Below, in pieces: positions 24,370-34,430 of a DNA stretch of 64,000 nt. The translations under genes and the position numbers were made by a program. Position 1 is the stretch's first letter, and each line of letters opens with the position of its first letter. The DNA is from Escherichia coli (GTDB lineage Bacteria > Pseudomonadota > Gammaproteobacteria > Enterobacterales > Enterobacteriaceae): assembly GCF_041886205.1 (NCBI RefSeq), contig NZ_CP169029.1. One strand, 5' to 3'. The notes under the pieces are model-generated. The model did no database searches. It was not told the DNA's origin and saw only the letters and a list, made by a program, of their open reading frames with translations.

Positions 24370-24457
24370 AGGTATAACCTGCGAGCATGACGCCACCAAT
24401 TCCGCCTAACGCCATAAACAGGAACAGGGCGATGACCCCAATTTTAGCTATGCGCAT
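24350..24457 (-). CDS. yohO: small membrane protein YohO, 35 aa
   Basis: Reverse-strand [38 protein letters not shown], below track cut-off; 3' end overlaps convergent yehW. Confidence 0.65.
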
Positions 24458-24516
24458 AATGCACTCCTTATGTTAACGAAAGGATTGTACAGTAAAGCGC
24501 ATTTGTTAACGAATCA

Positions 24517-25248
24517 TTAAATGCCGAGTGGGAAAATATCATAGCCTTGTTCTTGCCAACTGGTGAGTTGCTGTTGTTGGGCGGAGGTTCGATTTTCACC
24601 GCACCACACCAGCAATGTACGGCCTTCAAACAGTTCAGGGCGTAGTTGATTGAGTGAGTGGGCGAGGACATCAATGCGCCAGCCTTGTTGACTGGCAATC
24701 CAGCCCTCCAGCCACAGACGGGTGGTATCGTGAATATTCCAGCCAACCACCAGCGCATCTTTACCCTGTTTTTTACGTGCCGAAGCCAGACAGATGGCGA
24801 TGTAGTTGATCAGTACGCCGTCGAGGATCGCCAGCAGCGCCTGGAGAGTCGGTTGTTGGCACTGAAGCCGTCGGCGCAGAGGAATAAACAGATGTGTGGT
24901 GAGTGTCTGGGCGGGGTAATCCTGACCACGCTCTTTGATCCACGTTCGCAGGCTATGCAGATTGCCGCTTTGCAGGTAAGTCAGTAATGTTTCTTGCTGA
25001 TCGCGCCAGCCATTCTGCACATCAACATTTTCATTACTGAGCAGCATTTTTACTTTGCTGACCTGCACGCCGTTGTCGATCCAGCGTTTAATCTCGCGGA
25101 TCCGGTCAATATCGGCATCGTTGAACAGCCGATGACCGCCGTCTGTCCGTTGCGGTTTCAGCAATCCGTAACGCCTCTGCCACGCGCGTAACGTGACAGG
25201 GTTAATATCACAAAGCAACGCCACTTCACCAATTGTGTAAAGCGCCAT
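24517..25248 (-). CDS. mlrA: MerR-family regulator MlrA (activator of csgD), 243 aa
   Basis: MerR HTH at N-terminus (MALYTIGEVALLCDINPVTLRAWQRRYGLLKPQRTDGGHRLF); synteny. Confidence 0.9.
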   Translation of the reverse strand: MALYTIGEVALLCDINPVTLRAWQRRYGLLKPQRTDGGHRLFNDADIDRIREIKRWIDNGVQVSKVKMLLSNENVDVQNGWRDQQETLLTYLQSGNLHSLRTWIKERGQDYPAQTLTTHLFIPLRRRLQCQQPTLQALLAILDGVLINYIAICLASARKKQGKDALVVGWNIHDTTRLWLEGWIASQQGWRIDVLAHSLNQLRPELFEGRTLLVWCGENRTSAQQQQLTSWQEQGYDIFPLGI

Positions 25249-25469
25249 CGTCTCACCCTTGCTCGCGAGGTCCCGGTTTAACTTTAGACGCAGTTTTGCG
25301 AACCAGGTAGTTTTGCCCGTTTTTTGTGCATCTATAGGGTGATTTTATTTTTGCCAGGCGATTTTGAGTGATCATACTCACGAATTCTCATTTTTCTGCA
25401 AGAGTTCAAAGAAAGTTAAACGCAGGCAATGTATGTTACGCGTTTTAAAGGGAAGTGTGGTTTGCGGGT

Positions 25470-27155
25470 ATGTACGATTTTAATCTGGTGTTGCTGCTGC
25501 TTCAGCAGATGTGCGTTTTTTTAGTCATTGCATGGTTAATGAGTAAAACGCCATTATTCATACCGTTAATGCAGGTCACGGTTCGTCTGCCGCATAAATT
25601 TCTCTGCTACATCGTCTTTTCCATCTTCTGCATCATGGGCACCTGGTTTGGGTTGCACATTGACGATTCTATTGCCAATACCCGTGCGATAGGCGCGGTA
25701 ATGGGCGGCTTACTCGGCGGTCCGGTCGTCGGTGGGCTGGTTGGTCTGACCGGCGGGTTACATCGATATTCGATGGGGGGCATGACCGCGTTAAGTTGCA
25801 TGATCTCGACCATCGTTGAAGGATTGCTCGGCGGCCTGGTACACAGCATCCTGATCCGCCGCGGGCGCACTGATAAAGTCTTTAACCCCATTACCGCCGG
25901 TGCCGTCACGTTCGTCGCTGAAATGGTGCAAATGCTGATCATCCTGGCGATCGCCCGACCTTATGAAGATGCGGTGCGTCTGGTGAGTAATATTGCTGCG
26001 CCAATGATGGTCACCAATACCGTCGGCGCGGCGCTGTTTATGCGTATATTGCTCGATAAACGCGCGATGTTTGAAAAATACACTTCGGCTTTTTCTGCCA
26101 CTGCGCTGAAAGTGGCGGCCTCGACGGAAGGCATTTTGCGCCAGGGGTTTAACGAAGTGAACAGCATGAAAGTGGCACAGGTGCTGTATCAGGAGCTGGA
26201 TATTGGTGCAGTCGCGATTACCGATCGAGAGAAATTGCTGGCCTTTACCGGAATTGGTGACGACCACCATTTACCCGGCAAACCGATTTCTTCGACTTAC
26301 ACCTTAAAAGCGATTGAAACCGGTGAAGTGGTCTACGCTGATGGCAACGAAGTACCTTATCGTTGCTCTTTGCATCCGCAATGCAAACTGGGGTCGACGC
26401 TGGTAATTCCGTTGCGTGGTGAAAATCAGCGGGTGATGGGCACCATCAAATTGTATGAAGCCAAAAACCGTTTATTCAGTTCAATCAACCGCACGCTGGG
26501 CGAGGGGATTGCGCAACTGCTTTCGGCGCAGATCCTCGCCGGGCAATATGAGCGGCAAAAAGCGATGCTCACCCAGTCAGAGATCAAACTGCTTCACGCC
26601 CAGGTGAACCCCCATTTTTTGTTTAATGCGCTTAACACCATTAAAGCGGTGATTCGCCGCGACAGCGAACAGGCCAGCCAGCTGGTGCAATATCTTTCCA
26701 CTTTTTTCCGCAAAAACTTAAAGCGGCCTTCGGAGTTTGTTACTCTCGCCGACGAAATTGAACATGTGAACGCTTATCTGCAAATTGAAAAGGCGCGCTT
26801 CCAGTCGCGGTTGCAGGTCAACATTGCTATTCCGCAAGAATTATCCCAGCAGCAATTGCCCGCGTTTACCCTGCAACCGATAGTGGAAAACGCCATTAAA
26901 CATGGGACATCACAACTGCTGGATACAGGGCGAGTGGCAATCAGCGCCCGACGTGAGGGGCAACATTTGATGCTGGAGATCGAAGACAATGCCGGTTTGT
27001 ATCAACCGGTAACCAATGCCAGTGGGCTGGGGATGAATCTGGTGGATAAGCGTTTACGTGAACGGTTTGGCGATGACTATGGGATAAGCGTCGCCTGTGA
27101 GCCTGATAGTTACACCCGAATAACGTTACGACTACCATGGAGGGACGAGGCATGA
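25470..27155 (+). CDS. btsS: LytS-type sensor histidine kinase BtsS (YehU), 561 aa
   Basis: 5TM-LYT N-terminus, GAF-like region and His-kinase_3 core; start set at [11 protein letters not shown]. Confidence 0.9.
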
Positions 27156-27871
27156 TTAAAGTCTTAATTGTCGATGATGAACCGTTAGCACGGGAGAATC
27201 TGCGCGTATTTTTGCAGGAGCAGAGCGATATTGAAATCGTTGGTGAGTGTTCAAACGCCGTGGAAGGGATCGGCGCGGTGCATAAACTGCGCCCGGATGT
27301 GCTGTTTCTCGATATCCAGATGCCGCGCATCAGTGGTCTGGAAATGGTGGGGATGCTCGACCCGGAACATCGTCCGTATATTGTTTTTCTCACCGCGTTT
27401 GACGAATACGCTATTAAAGCCTTTGAAGAACATGCCTTTGACTATCTGCTGAAGCCAATTGATGAAGCGCGACTGGAGAAAACGCTGGCGCGTTTGCGTC
27501 AGGAACGCAGCAAGCAGGATGTTTCGCTGTTACCGGAAAATCAACAGGCGCTGAAATTTATCCCTTGTACGGGGCATAGTCGGATTTATTTGCTGCAAAT
27601 GAAAGATGTGGCATTTGTCAGCAGTCGGATGAGCGGTGTCTACGTTACCAGCCACGAAGGGAAAGAGGGCTTTACCGAATTGACATTACGTACCCTGGAA
27701 AGTCGTACACCACTACTGCGCTGCCATCGTCAGTATCTGGTTAACCTCGCGCATTTACAGGAGATTCGTCTGGAAGATAACGGCCAGGCCGAGTTGATTT
27801 TGCGTAATGGCTTAACCGTGCCGGTCAGCCGCCGTTATCTGAAAAGCTTAAAAGAGGCGATTGGCCTGTAA
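27152..27871 (+). CDS. btsR: LytTR-family response regulator BtsR (YehT), 239 aa
   Basis: Receiver domain (IVDDEP ... LFLDIQMP) plus LytTR output; overlaps btsS stop. Confidence 0.9.
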
Positions 27872-27917
27872 AAGACTGCTAAAATGGCTTTTTGCCTCAT
27901 CAACACCTGAAGGCCTC

Positions 27918-28388
27918 ATGCTAAGTAACGATATTCTGCGCAGCGTGCGCTACATTTTGAAAGCCAATAATAATGACCTGGTGCGTATTCTGGCGCTGGG
28001 TAATGTCGAAGCCACCGCGGAACAGATCGCCGTCTGGCTACGTAAAGAAGACGAAGAGGGTTTTCAGCGTTGTCCGGACATTGTTTTGTCGTCATTCCTC
28101 AATGGCCTGATTTATGAAAAACGCGGCAAGGATGAGTCTGCTCCGGCACTGGAGCCGGAACGTCGCATTAATAACAACATCGTGCTGAAAAAATTACGCA
28201 TCGCGTTTTCGCTGAAAACCGATGACATTCTGGCGATCCTCACCGAACAGCAGTTCCGCGTTTCGATGCCGGAAATTACAGCGATGATGCGTGCACCGGA
28301 TCATAAAAACTTCCGCGAATGCGGCGATCAATTTTTACGTTATTTTCTGCGTGGACTGGCAGCGCGCCAGCATGTGAAGAAAAGCTAA
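27918..28388 (+). CDS. yehS: DUF1456 protein YehS, 156 aa
   Basis: Track ORF trimmed to MLSNDILRSVRYILK; synteny. Confidence 0.8.
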   Translation: MLSNDILRSVRYILKANNNDLVRILALGNVEATAEQIAVWLRKEDEEGFQRCPDIVLSSFLNGLIYEKRGKDESAPALEPERRINNNIVLKKLRIAFSLKTDDILAILTEQQFRVSMPEITAMMRAPDHKNFRECGDQFLRYFLRGLAARQHVKKS

Positions 28389-28396
28389 GACGGGTA

Positions 28397-28423
28397 TGGC
28401 GGCCATGCGAAACATGGCCGCCG
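28397..28423. terminator. hairpin between convergent yehS and yehR
   Basis: tggcggccatg-cgaaa-catggccgcc inverted repeat; weak U-tract on either strand. Confidence 0.45.
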
Positions 28424-28428
28424 ACAGA

Positions 28429-28890
28429 TTATTTCACTTCTTTAAAACCAGCGGCTTTCATCACCAGTTCCATTTGCGCCATAGTGATACCTTTTTTGGC
28501 ATCTTCAGCAGAAACGTTGATTCCTGAAATACCCTGCAGGGCTTTAAAATCCACTTTTTCCATATCGATAGTCACGTTTTCCTGCGCGTAGGTATCGGTA
28601 TAGGTTAATTTTTCTTCAACACCCGCGATGTTTTTGTATTTGGCGCTTAACGGCTCAAGTGTCTTGGCAGCATCTTCTTTGGTGGTTGCACCAATGGAGG
28701 CAAATTGAATTTTGGTTTCAGAAGATTGCTTAAGCACCTTGTCACCTTTGTAGACATAGGTAATGGCAATTTCAGTGCCGTTCAGATTGGCGCTGAATTT
28801 CTTCGATTCTTCTTTGTCACCGCAGCCAGCAAGAGAGAAAACCAGAACAGATGCAACAACGAGGGAAAACAGCTTATTGAAAGCCTTCAT
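28429..28890 (-). CDS. yehR: lipoprotein YehR (DUF1307), 153 aa
   Basis: Lipobox LAGCG after signal peptide MKAFNKLFSLVVASVLVFS. Confidence 0.85.
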   Translation of the reverse strand: MKAFNKLFSLVVASVLVFSLAGCGDKEESKKFSANLNGTEIAITYVYKGDKVLKQSSETKIQFASIGATTKEDAAKTLEPLSAKYKNIAGVEEKLTYTDTYAQENVTIDMEKVDFKALQGISGINVSAEDAKKGITMAQMELVMKAAGFKEVK

Positions 28891-29014
28891 GTAAAACTCC
28901 ATTTTATTTAATCAAGAAACTGGTGACTCTCACCAGGGGCTATATAGGATATGCCTAATACCGTGGCGTGAGCAGTCCGGAACTGGAGTAGAACTCTTAG
29001 TAAAAAGCACTATT

Positions 29015-31015
29015 TCATCCTTGTTGCTGAAGCATGGGGAATAATTGTTCGCAAAGCAAAACACCGTTATTCATTGCTTCTACCCGAGCCTCGCTTTCTG
29101 TATTACGAAATTGTGCCAATACATGTGCCAGCCGATAAAAACCCATCGCGGTGAGGTCATTCGCCAGCAACTCTGCCTGACCAATAGCACTCTGTTCCTG
29201 ATAGCGCCAGCCGTTATGGAGCAGTTGAATAAGTAACGCCTGGCAGCGCATCAGCAACTGAGGAGCGGTAGACGGCACAGGCAGAACGCTGGCAGAAGGT
29301 AGCGGTGCCACAGGCGTAGTTTCTGCGTCCAGCGCCCAGGCGCGGGTTTTTGTCATCATCACCCGTGGTTCCAGTGTCAATTGCCCCTCAACAAAACTGA
29401 CAAAGCCAGAAACCAGACTCACGGGGTCCTCTGTTTGTTGTAACAGAGCTGCCATGCGTTCAACAGCAAAGGGCGAACAGGTAGAGGCTGGTAGGGATAA
29501 TGTCAGCACGTTATCTTCACCTTCGCCGCTGATTACCTGCGCATCCAGCGTTTGGCGGCTGCTATCCCAACCGAGTGAAATACACTCAGCGACCGGCAGA
29601 ATAAATAAGTTATCGACCTGATTAAGAGGCCGTATGCAGGCGGGGGGACGCTGGCGTAAATATTCCCGCAAAGCCACAATGCCCGGCTGGCGTAACGGCG
29701 CGCTCAACATTTGCCAGGCATCAGGCGACAGCGGCACAACGCTGCTTAAGCGGTTGCGGGTAGCTAACAGCAGCTCGCCATCGGCACTGCGTTTTGCTGC
29801 TTGTGAAACAATTTGCCCGCCCGCTAGTGCGCCAGCCTGAAAACTAAACAGCCGACGCGTAGCTGCCGGTGAGTTTTCCTGTTCACTTCGCGGCCAACTG
29901 CGCGAAAGGTGCAAAATACTGCCGGTGTCGGGATCGGTAAACCAGATGCGTAAACCATAATGCTCAATATCCTGCCAGCAACGCATACCTAAAGACACCA
30001 GCCGCAGATGATCAAGCTTTGCTTCTCCGGCAATGCCAGAGCCAACGACCGTGCGCCACGGCACAGGAGGAACTTCACCAATACTGTCGCGCCGGGCCAT
30101 CTCTTGTGCGCAATTTAATCGACTGTTTAATGCCGCAAGCTGACGTAAGCATTCTCCGGCATGATAGTGGCTGGCGCGGGCGTGGAAGGCATCAACGCTT
30201 GCCCGTAGCTGTCGTAGTGATTCACTCACCCATCGCCAGTTGCAGCGTTCCGCCGCCTGCTGCGCGCGACTAAAAGCGGCCTCGTAGTGAATAAGCGGCT
30301 GGCTGATGCCGCCCAGCCATAATGCCTGGCTTAATTGCTGAACATATTGACGACACGCGTTACCCTCGTCGTTGGCAAACGGATCGTTAGATGATGTGAC
30401 GTGTTCGCTGCGCATCTGCCAGATTAAATGAGTCAATTCCGCTTGCTGCGCTTTTGCCTGGACAAAGGCCTGTACTGCCAGTACGACATGTTCGCAAAGT
30501 GTGCCTTCAATACAATCACAACGGGCGAAACGAATGCTGCTACGGGAATAAAAACGCACATCGCTCATCGGTAAGCGGGCAGAGGGAATTTCGCCCGGCG
30601 TACAGAACAACTCAATGGTGATGCCTTTAGCGACCAGCGCCTGTGCGCGTTTGCGGGTAGCATCGGGAAGGGTAGCCAGTTCTTCCAGCCAGATTGCCGG
30701 ATCCCACTCTTCTTCTTTTTCCGTAGACTGAGTGGTGGCACAAAGTCGTTGATAACTTAACACCAGCATCACGCGATGACGGCACATACCGTTGGCCCCG
30801 CAACTGCACTGAGCCTCTTTCAGTGCCTGGCCGTTCGCCAGCTGGGTACGGACACCGTCACTGAAGGTGGCGATTAAAGCGTCGTTCTCATGGCTGATCT
30901 CCGGGACGTTGCCATTTTCCAGTTCCTTAAGACTGCGCTTAACAAAACCGGCATTGCTTAACGCCGTCAGGGCCTGCGGTGTCAGTTCTAATAATTCCGG
31001 ACGTAGTGAATTCAT
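29015..31015 (-). CDS. yehQ: SWIM zinc-finger protein YehQ, about 666 aa
   Basis: CSCGANGMCRHR (CxC..CxH SWIM signature) near N-terminus; start set at MNSLRPELL so that ATG overlaps yehP stop (ATGA). Confidence 0.8.
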   Translation of the reverse strand: MNSLRPELLELTPQALTALSNAGFVKRSLKELENGNVPEISHENDALIATFSDGVRTQLANGQALKEAQCSCGANGMCRHRVMLVLSYQRLCATTQSTEKEEEWDPAIWLEELATLPDATRKRAQALVAKGITIELFCTPGEIPSARLPMSDVRFYSRSSIRFARCDCIEGTLCEHVVLAVQAFVQAKAQQAELTHLIWQMRSEHVTSSNDPFANDEGNACRQYVQQLSQALWLGGISQPLIHYEAAFSRAQQAAERCNWRWVSESLRQLRASVDAFHARASHYHAGECLRQLAALNSRLNCAQEMARRDSIGEVPPVPWRTVVGSGIAGEAKLDHLRLVSLGMRCWQDIEHYGLRIWFTDPDTGSILHLSRSWPRSEQENSPAATRRLFSFQAGALAGGQIVSQAAKRSADGELLLATRNRLSSVVPLSPDAWQMLSAPLRQPGIVALREYLRQRPPACIRPLNQVDNLFILPVAECISLGWDSSRQTLDAQVISGEGEDNVLTLSLPASTCSPFAVERMAALLQQTEDPVSLVSGFVSFVEGQLTLEPRVMMTKTRAWALDAETTPVAPLPSASVLPVPSTAPQLLMRCQALLIQLLHNGWRYQEQSAIGQAELLANDLTAMGFYRLAHVLAQFRNTESEARVEAMNNGVLLCEQLFPMLQQQG

Positions 31016-32148
31016 GACTGAAGATTCTCCGCAAGCCATGATGCCAGCTCGCCCGGCGTCATGGCGGCTATTTGTGCGCCGACATTAACCAGCGCCTGGG
31101 CCGTATCGTGGTCATAGCAAGGTGTTGCGTTGCTATCGAGCGCCGCCAGTCCCAGCACTTTGATGCCGCTCTGGACACACTTTTTCACCTGATGCGTGAG
31201 TAATGATGATGAACCCCCTTCGTAAAAATCGCTCACGAGGATAATGACGCTTTTTGCTGGTTGTTCAATAAGTTGCCGACCATATTCCACGGCACTGGCG
31301 ATATTGGTTCCGCCGCCTAATTGCACTTTCATTAATAACTCTACCGGATCGGCAACGTCTGCCGTGAGATCGACGACGCTGGTGTCAAACGCCACCAGAT
31401 GGGTACGAATACCGGGTAACTGCCATAAACAGGCCGCCATCACCGCTGAGTGGATCACCGAGTCCACCATTGATCCGCTTTGATCAACCAGTAAGACCAG
31501 TTGCCATTGTTCACTGTGGCGCTTAATACGGCTGTTAAAGCGGGGGGATTCGATATACAACTTGCCGTGTTGCGGGTGCCAGTGTTGCAGGTTGGCGCGC
31601 AGAGTACTTTTGAAATCAAAGTTTCGCGCCAGTAGAATAAATGAGCGGCGACGGCGATCGCGGACACCAGAAAAAGCCTGACGAACCTCCTTTGCCAGTT
31701 GTGCCATAATTTCTTCCACAACCTGGCGCACTATCCGGCGGGCGGCAGCCAGTACTTCGGGATTCATCAGATGTTTGGTGTGCAAAACGGCGCGTAGCAG
31801 GCTTTCAGAAGGCTGCATACGTTCCAGCACGTCGAGATTCGTCACCACATCTTCAATGCCATAGCGCAGTACGGCATCGCTTTCCAGCCGCTCAATCACC
31901 TGTTGCGGAAACAGCGTGTGAATACTGTTGATCCACTCAGGAGTGGTGAGATTTGAGCCACCTAATCCACCGGAGCGTTCACCACGCTGGAGCCGTTCAG
32001 GATCGCGCCCATACAGCCACTCCAGCGCGTGGTCTATCTGCCGGGCGTTGTCATCCAGCCCACAAAGGGTCGTTTCTGCCGCTTCGCCAAGAATTAATCG
32101 CCAGCGTTGTAGCTCACGGGTGGTCAGAAGATCGTTCAGTTCAGACAT
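31012..32148 (-). CDS. yehP: von Willebrand factor A (VWA) domain protein YehP, 378 aa
   Basis: MIDAS motif DQSGSM in LVLLVDQSGSMVDS; track ORF trimmed to MSELNDLLTT; start overlaps yehM stop. Confidence 0.85.
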   Translation of the reverse strand: MSELNDLLTTRELQRWRLILGEAAETTLCGLDDNARQIDHALEWLYGRDPERLQRGERSGGLGGSNLTTPEWINSIHTLFPQQVIERLESDAVLRYGIEDVVTNLDVLERMQPSESLLRAVLHTKHLMNPEVLAAARRIVRQVVEEIMAQLAKEVRQAFSGVRDRRRRSFILLARNFDFKSTLRANLQHWHPQHGKLYIESPRFNSRIKRHSEQWQLVLLVDQSGSMVDSVIHSAVMAACLWQLPGIRTHLVAFDTSVVDLTADVADPVELLMKVQLGGGTNIASAVEYGRQLIEQPAKSVIILVSDFYEGGSSSLLTHQVKKCVQSGIKVLGLAALDSNATPCYDHDTAQALVNVGAQIAAMTPGELASWLAENLQS

Positions 32149-34420
32149 GGAAAACTCCCCAGTGTTGCAGCGATGCCAGTGCCTGCTGTTCGAGTTGTTG
32201 ATGATGTGCAATGGCTTGCGGTGGACAATGCAACGGTATTTGCAGCGCCGAAACGGGAAGTTGCGCCAGTTGATAATGCTCAAGCACCTGATGCGCCAGC
32301 GTCCCGCGTTCTCGTGGTGGTAGCCAGGCCATCGCCGCGCGTAAATCGGGCAGGGCATTGATAAAATCGGCATCACTCAGTTGATTTAAATGACTGCTGA
32401 AACCGGCGATAAATGCCGGCTGACAAGCCAGTTGATGACGGGCTAATGCCAGCAAACCGTGCAGCGCCTCGCCGGATTGGGCCGGGGATAACTGCGTCAG
32501 CATTGTCAGCGCCGCTTCGGCACTAGCGTTGGGATGTTCCAGACGCATCAGTGCGCCAAGAGTCGCGCCGCGATCCAGCGCCGGGGCATGAATCGCCTGA
32601 CTGCGGCGCTCCAGTAAGGCTACCGCCGCAGAAAGCGAAACGCCGGATAAGTTAACGCCGCTATGTAGATCGCGCAGGATATGGCAAAGCGCTTGCCAGC
32701 TATGCAGGTGAGCGTGAAACTCCTTTTCATCCGGTCTGCCGTTGGATTCACACAGCCACAGCGTGCGATCGATAGCCGCGCATAACGTCGTTTGTAATAT
32801 CTGCGCGCCTTGCATACCGCTAATTTCATCCAGCCGCCATAAGGCATATAGCACTTCCAGCGCCTGGCCCATTTCGGCAAATTGATTTTCCTGGGCGATT
32901 AATAATGTGAGTTGTTCCAGTAATTGCTCACTAAAGCTCGCCAGGCCCGCTAACGCCGCCTGGCTAAGACATGCGGTAATGCTGCCGATTCCACCCGCGT
33001 CCAGCATATCGGCTTCTAATTTATTGCGTGCGGCTTCCTGGAGTGTTGCACCAAAGCAGGCGGCCTCAATCAATGCCGCATGCTGGCTAAGCGGGCGGGT
33101 TAATTTCCAGCGTTCTTCACCGTTGCCTGCAAGTGTCAGTGTACTTCCCTGCTGGCGTAAAATCCCTGGGATCTCCAGTATTGCCAGCCGATGTAACACC
33201 TGACTTTGCGCTAGTCCATTGGGGTTAAAGCGATTTAAGGTAAGCTGCGCCGGAAGAGAGATTCCGGTACGTTCCAGTTCGCAGGTGACATCTTTTGGCA
33301 GAGGCGGTTGTGGCGTGGAGGGGGCAAGTTTACCGAATCCGTCACCCGCTAATGTGTCTATCAACGTTAGCAGAATCGGATCGGTATCGGGATGAATAAC
33401 TCCGCGATAGCTCCACGGCAACGGCGCGTTCAAGGCTTCTTTAATCAGCGAGCCTGCTATGGCATCCAGCCAGTCAGTGCGTAACGGTAGTGTATGACCG
33501 CGCAACTGTGCCAGTGCCATTGCATGCAGATGTGCGGCAGCCATATCAGCGGTAGAAGCGGGCAATTTGTGCTGGCGCAAACGGGTGAGAACCGTTTTTA
33601 GCAGTTGTTCTCCCGCCTGCTGTAAGCCCCACTGCCAGCACCAGTTTTGCCAGACCGGAGCAGGCATTCCGGAAAGGTATCCTGCCAGCACATCAAGGCG
33701 CTTTTCGCTGTATGGCGTGAGATAACAACCTGTAACGGCATCATCCTGTGAGGGCAATTCTGGCTTGTTAATTTCCTGCGGGCATTCGCGCCACATTTTT
33801 GCCAGTGCCGGAGCGTGCCAGCCACCGCAGACGACTAACACGTCGCCATTGTTTTGCAGCATCGCCCATCCAATCCAGCGGGCCATAAAGGCTTCGCGCT
33901 GACGATTGAGAGCATCTCCGGGGGAATCGCCCCGCAGTTGGGCAAAATAGTGCGCCAGCGCAGAGGGTAATGCAGTTTGCTGGCTTTCATCTTCGAATAA
34001 GTGATCCCACAGGGTGTCGCTGTTATCCATGCGGGTGGCACGCAGCAGCAAGGCCTGGCTTTCCTCTTGCGTATCAGGCGAATCGTCCTCTTCTTCACTC
34101 TGCGCCCAGCAAGGCAAATCGATGAAGTAAGTTTGTGCCTGAATACGACGTGCGGCTTGTAGCGCCTGCCACTCCGGCGAAAATTCAGCAAATGGCGTCC
34201 AGGCACCGCGCCCGGGGGCCGTACCGTCCTGATACTGGCAATAACTGTAAATAGCTACCGGAAGCTGGTGGGCTAAAAACAGTTCGTCTACCCGGTCATT
34301 AAAATCAGCCGGGCCTTCAATCAACACGTATCGTGGCCGCTGGCTTTCGATTAACGATTTCACCAGCCGGGCGCTGGCCGGGCTATGATGCCGGATGCCG
34401 ACAATTAACGGCTCGCTCAT
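32141..34420 (-). CDS. yehM: large alpha-helical protein YehM, 759 aa, function unknown
   Basis: Track ORF trimmed to MSEPLIVGIRHHSPA; Ala/Leu-rich, no motif I recognise; RBS GGAAAG upstream. Confidence 0.8.
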   Translation of the reverse strand: MSEPLIVGIRHHSPASARLVKSLIESQRPRYVLIEGPADFNDRVDELFLAHQLPVAIYSYCQYQDGTAPGRGAWTPFAEFSPEWQALQAARRIQAQTYFIDLPCWAQSEEEDDSPDTQEESQALLLRATRMDNSDTLWDHLFEDESQQTALPSALAHYFAQLRGDSPGDALNRQREAFMARWIGWAMLQNNGDVLVVCGGWHAPALAKMWRECPQEINKPELPSQDDAVTGCYLTPYSEKRLDVLAGYLSGMPAPVWQNWCWQWGLQQAGEQLLKTVLTRLRQHKLPASTADMAAAHLHAMALAQLRGHTLPLRTDWLDAIAGSLIKEALNAPLPWSYRGVIHPDTDPILLTLIDTLAGDGFGKLAPSTPQPPLPKDVTCELERTGISLPAQLTLNRFNPNGLAQSQVLHRLAILEIPGILRQQGSTLTLAGNGEERWKLTRPLSQHAALIEAACFGATLQEAARNKLEADMLDAGGIGSITACLSQAALAGLASFSEQLLEQLTLLIAQENQFAEMGQALEVLYALWRLDEISGMQGAQILQTTLCAAIDRTLWLCESNGRPDEKEFHAHLHSWQALCHILRDLHSGVNLSGVSLSAAVALLERRSQAIHAPALDRGATLGALMRLEHPNASAEAALTMLTQLSPAQSGEALHGLLALARHQLACQPAFIAGFSSHLNQLSDADFINALPDLRAAMAWLPPRERGTLAHQVLEHYQLAQLPVSALQIPLHCPPQAIAHHQQLEQQALASLQHWGVFHV

Positions 34421-34430
34421 GCATCTTTCC

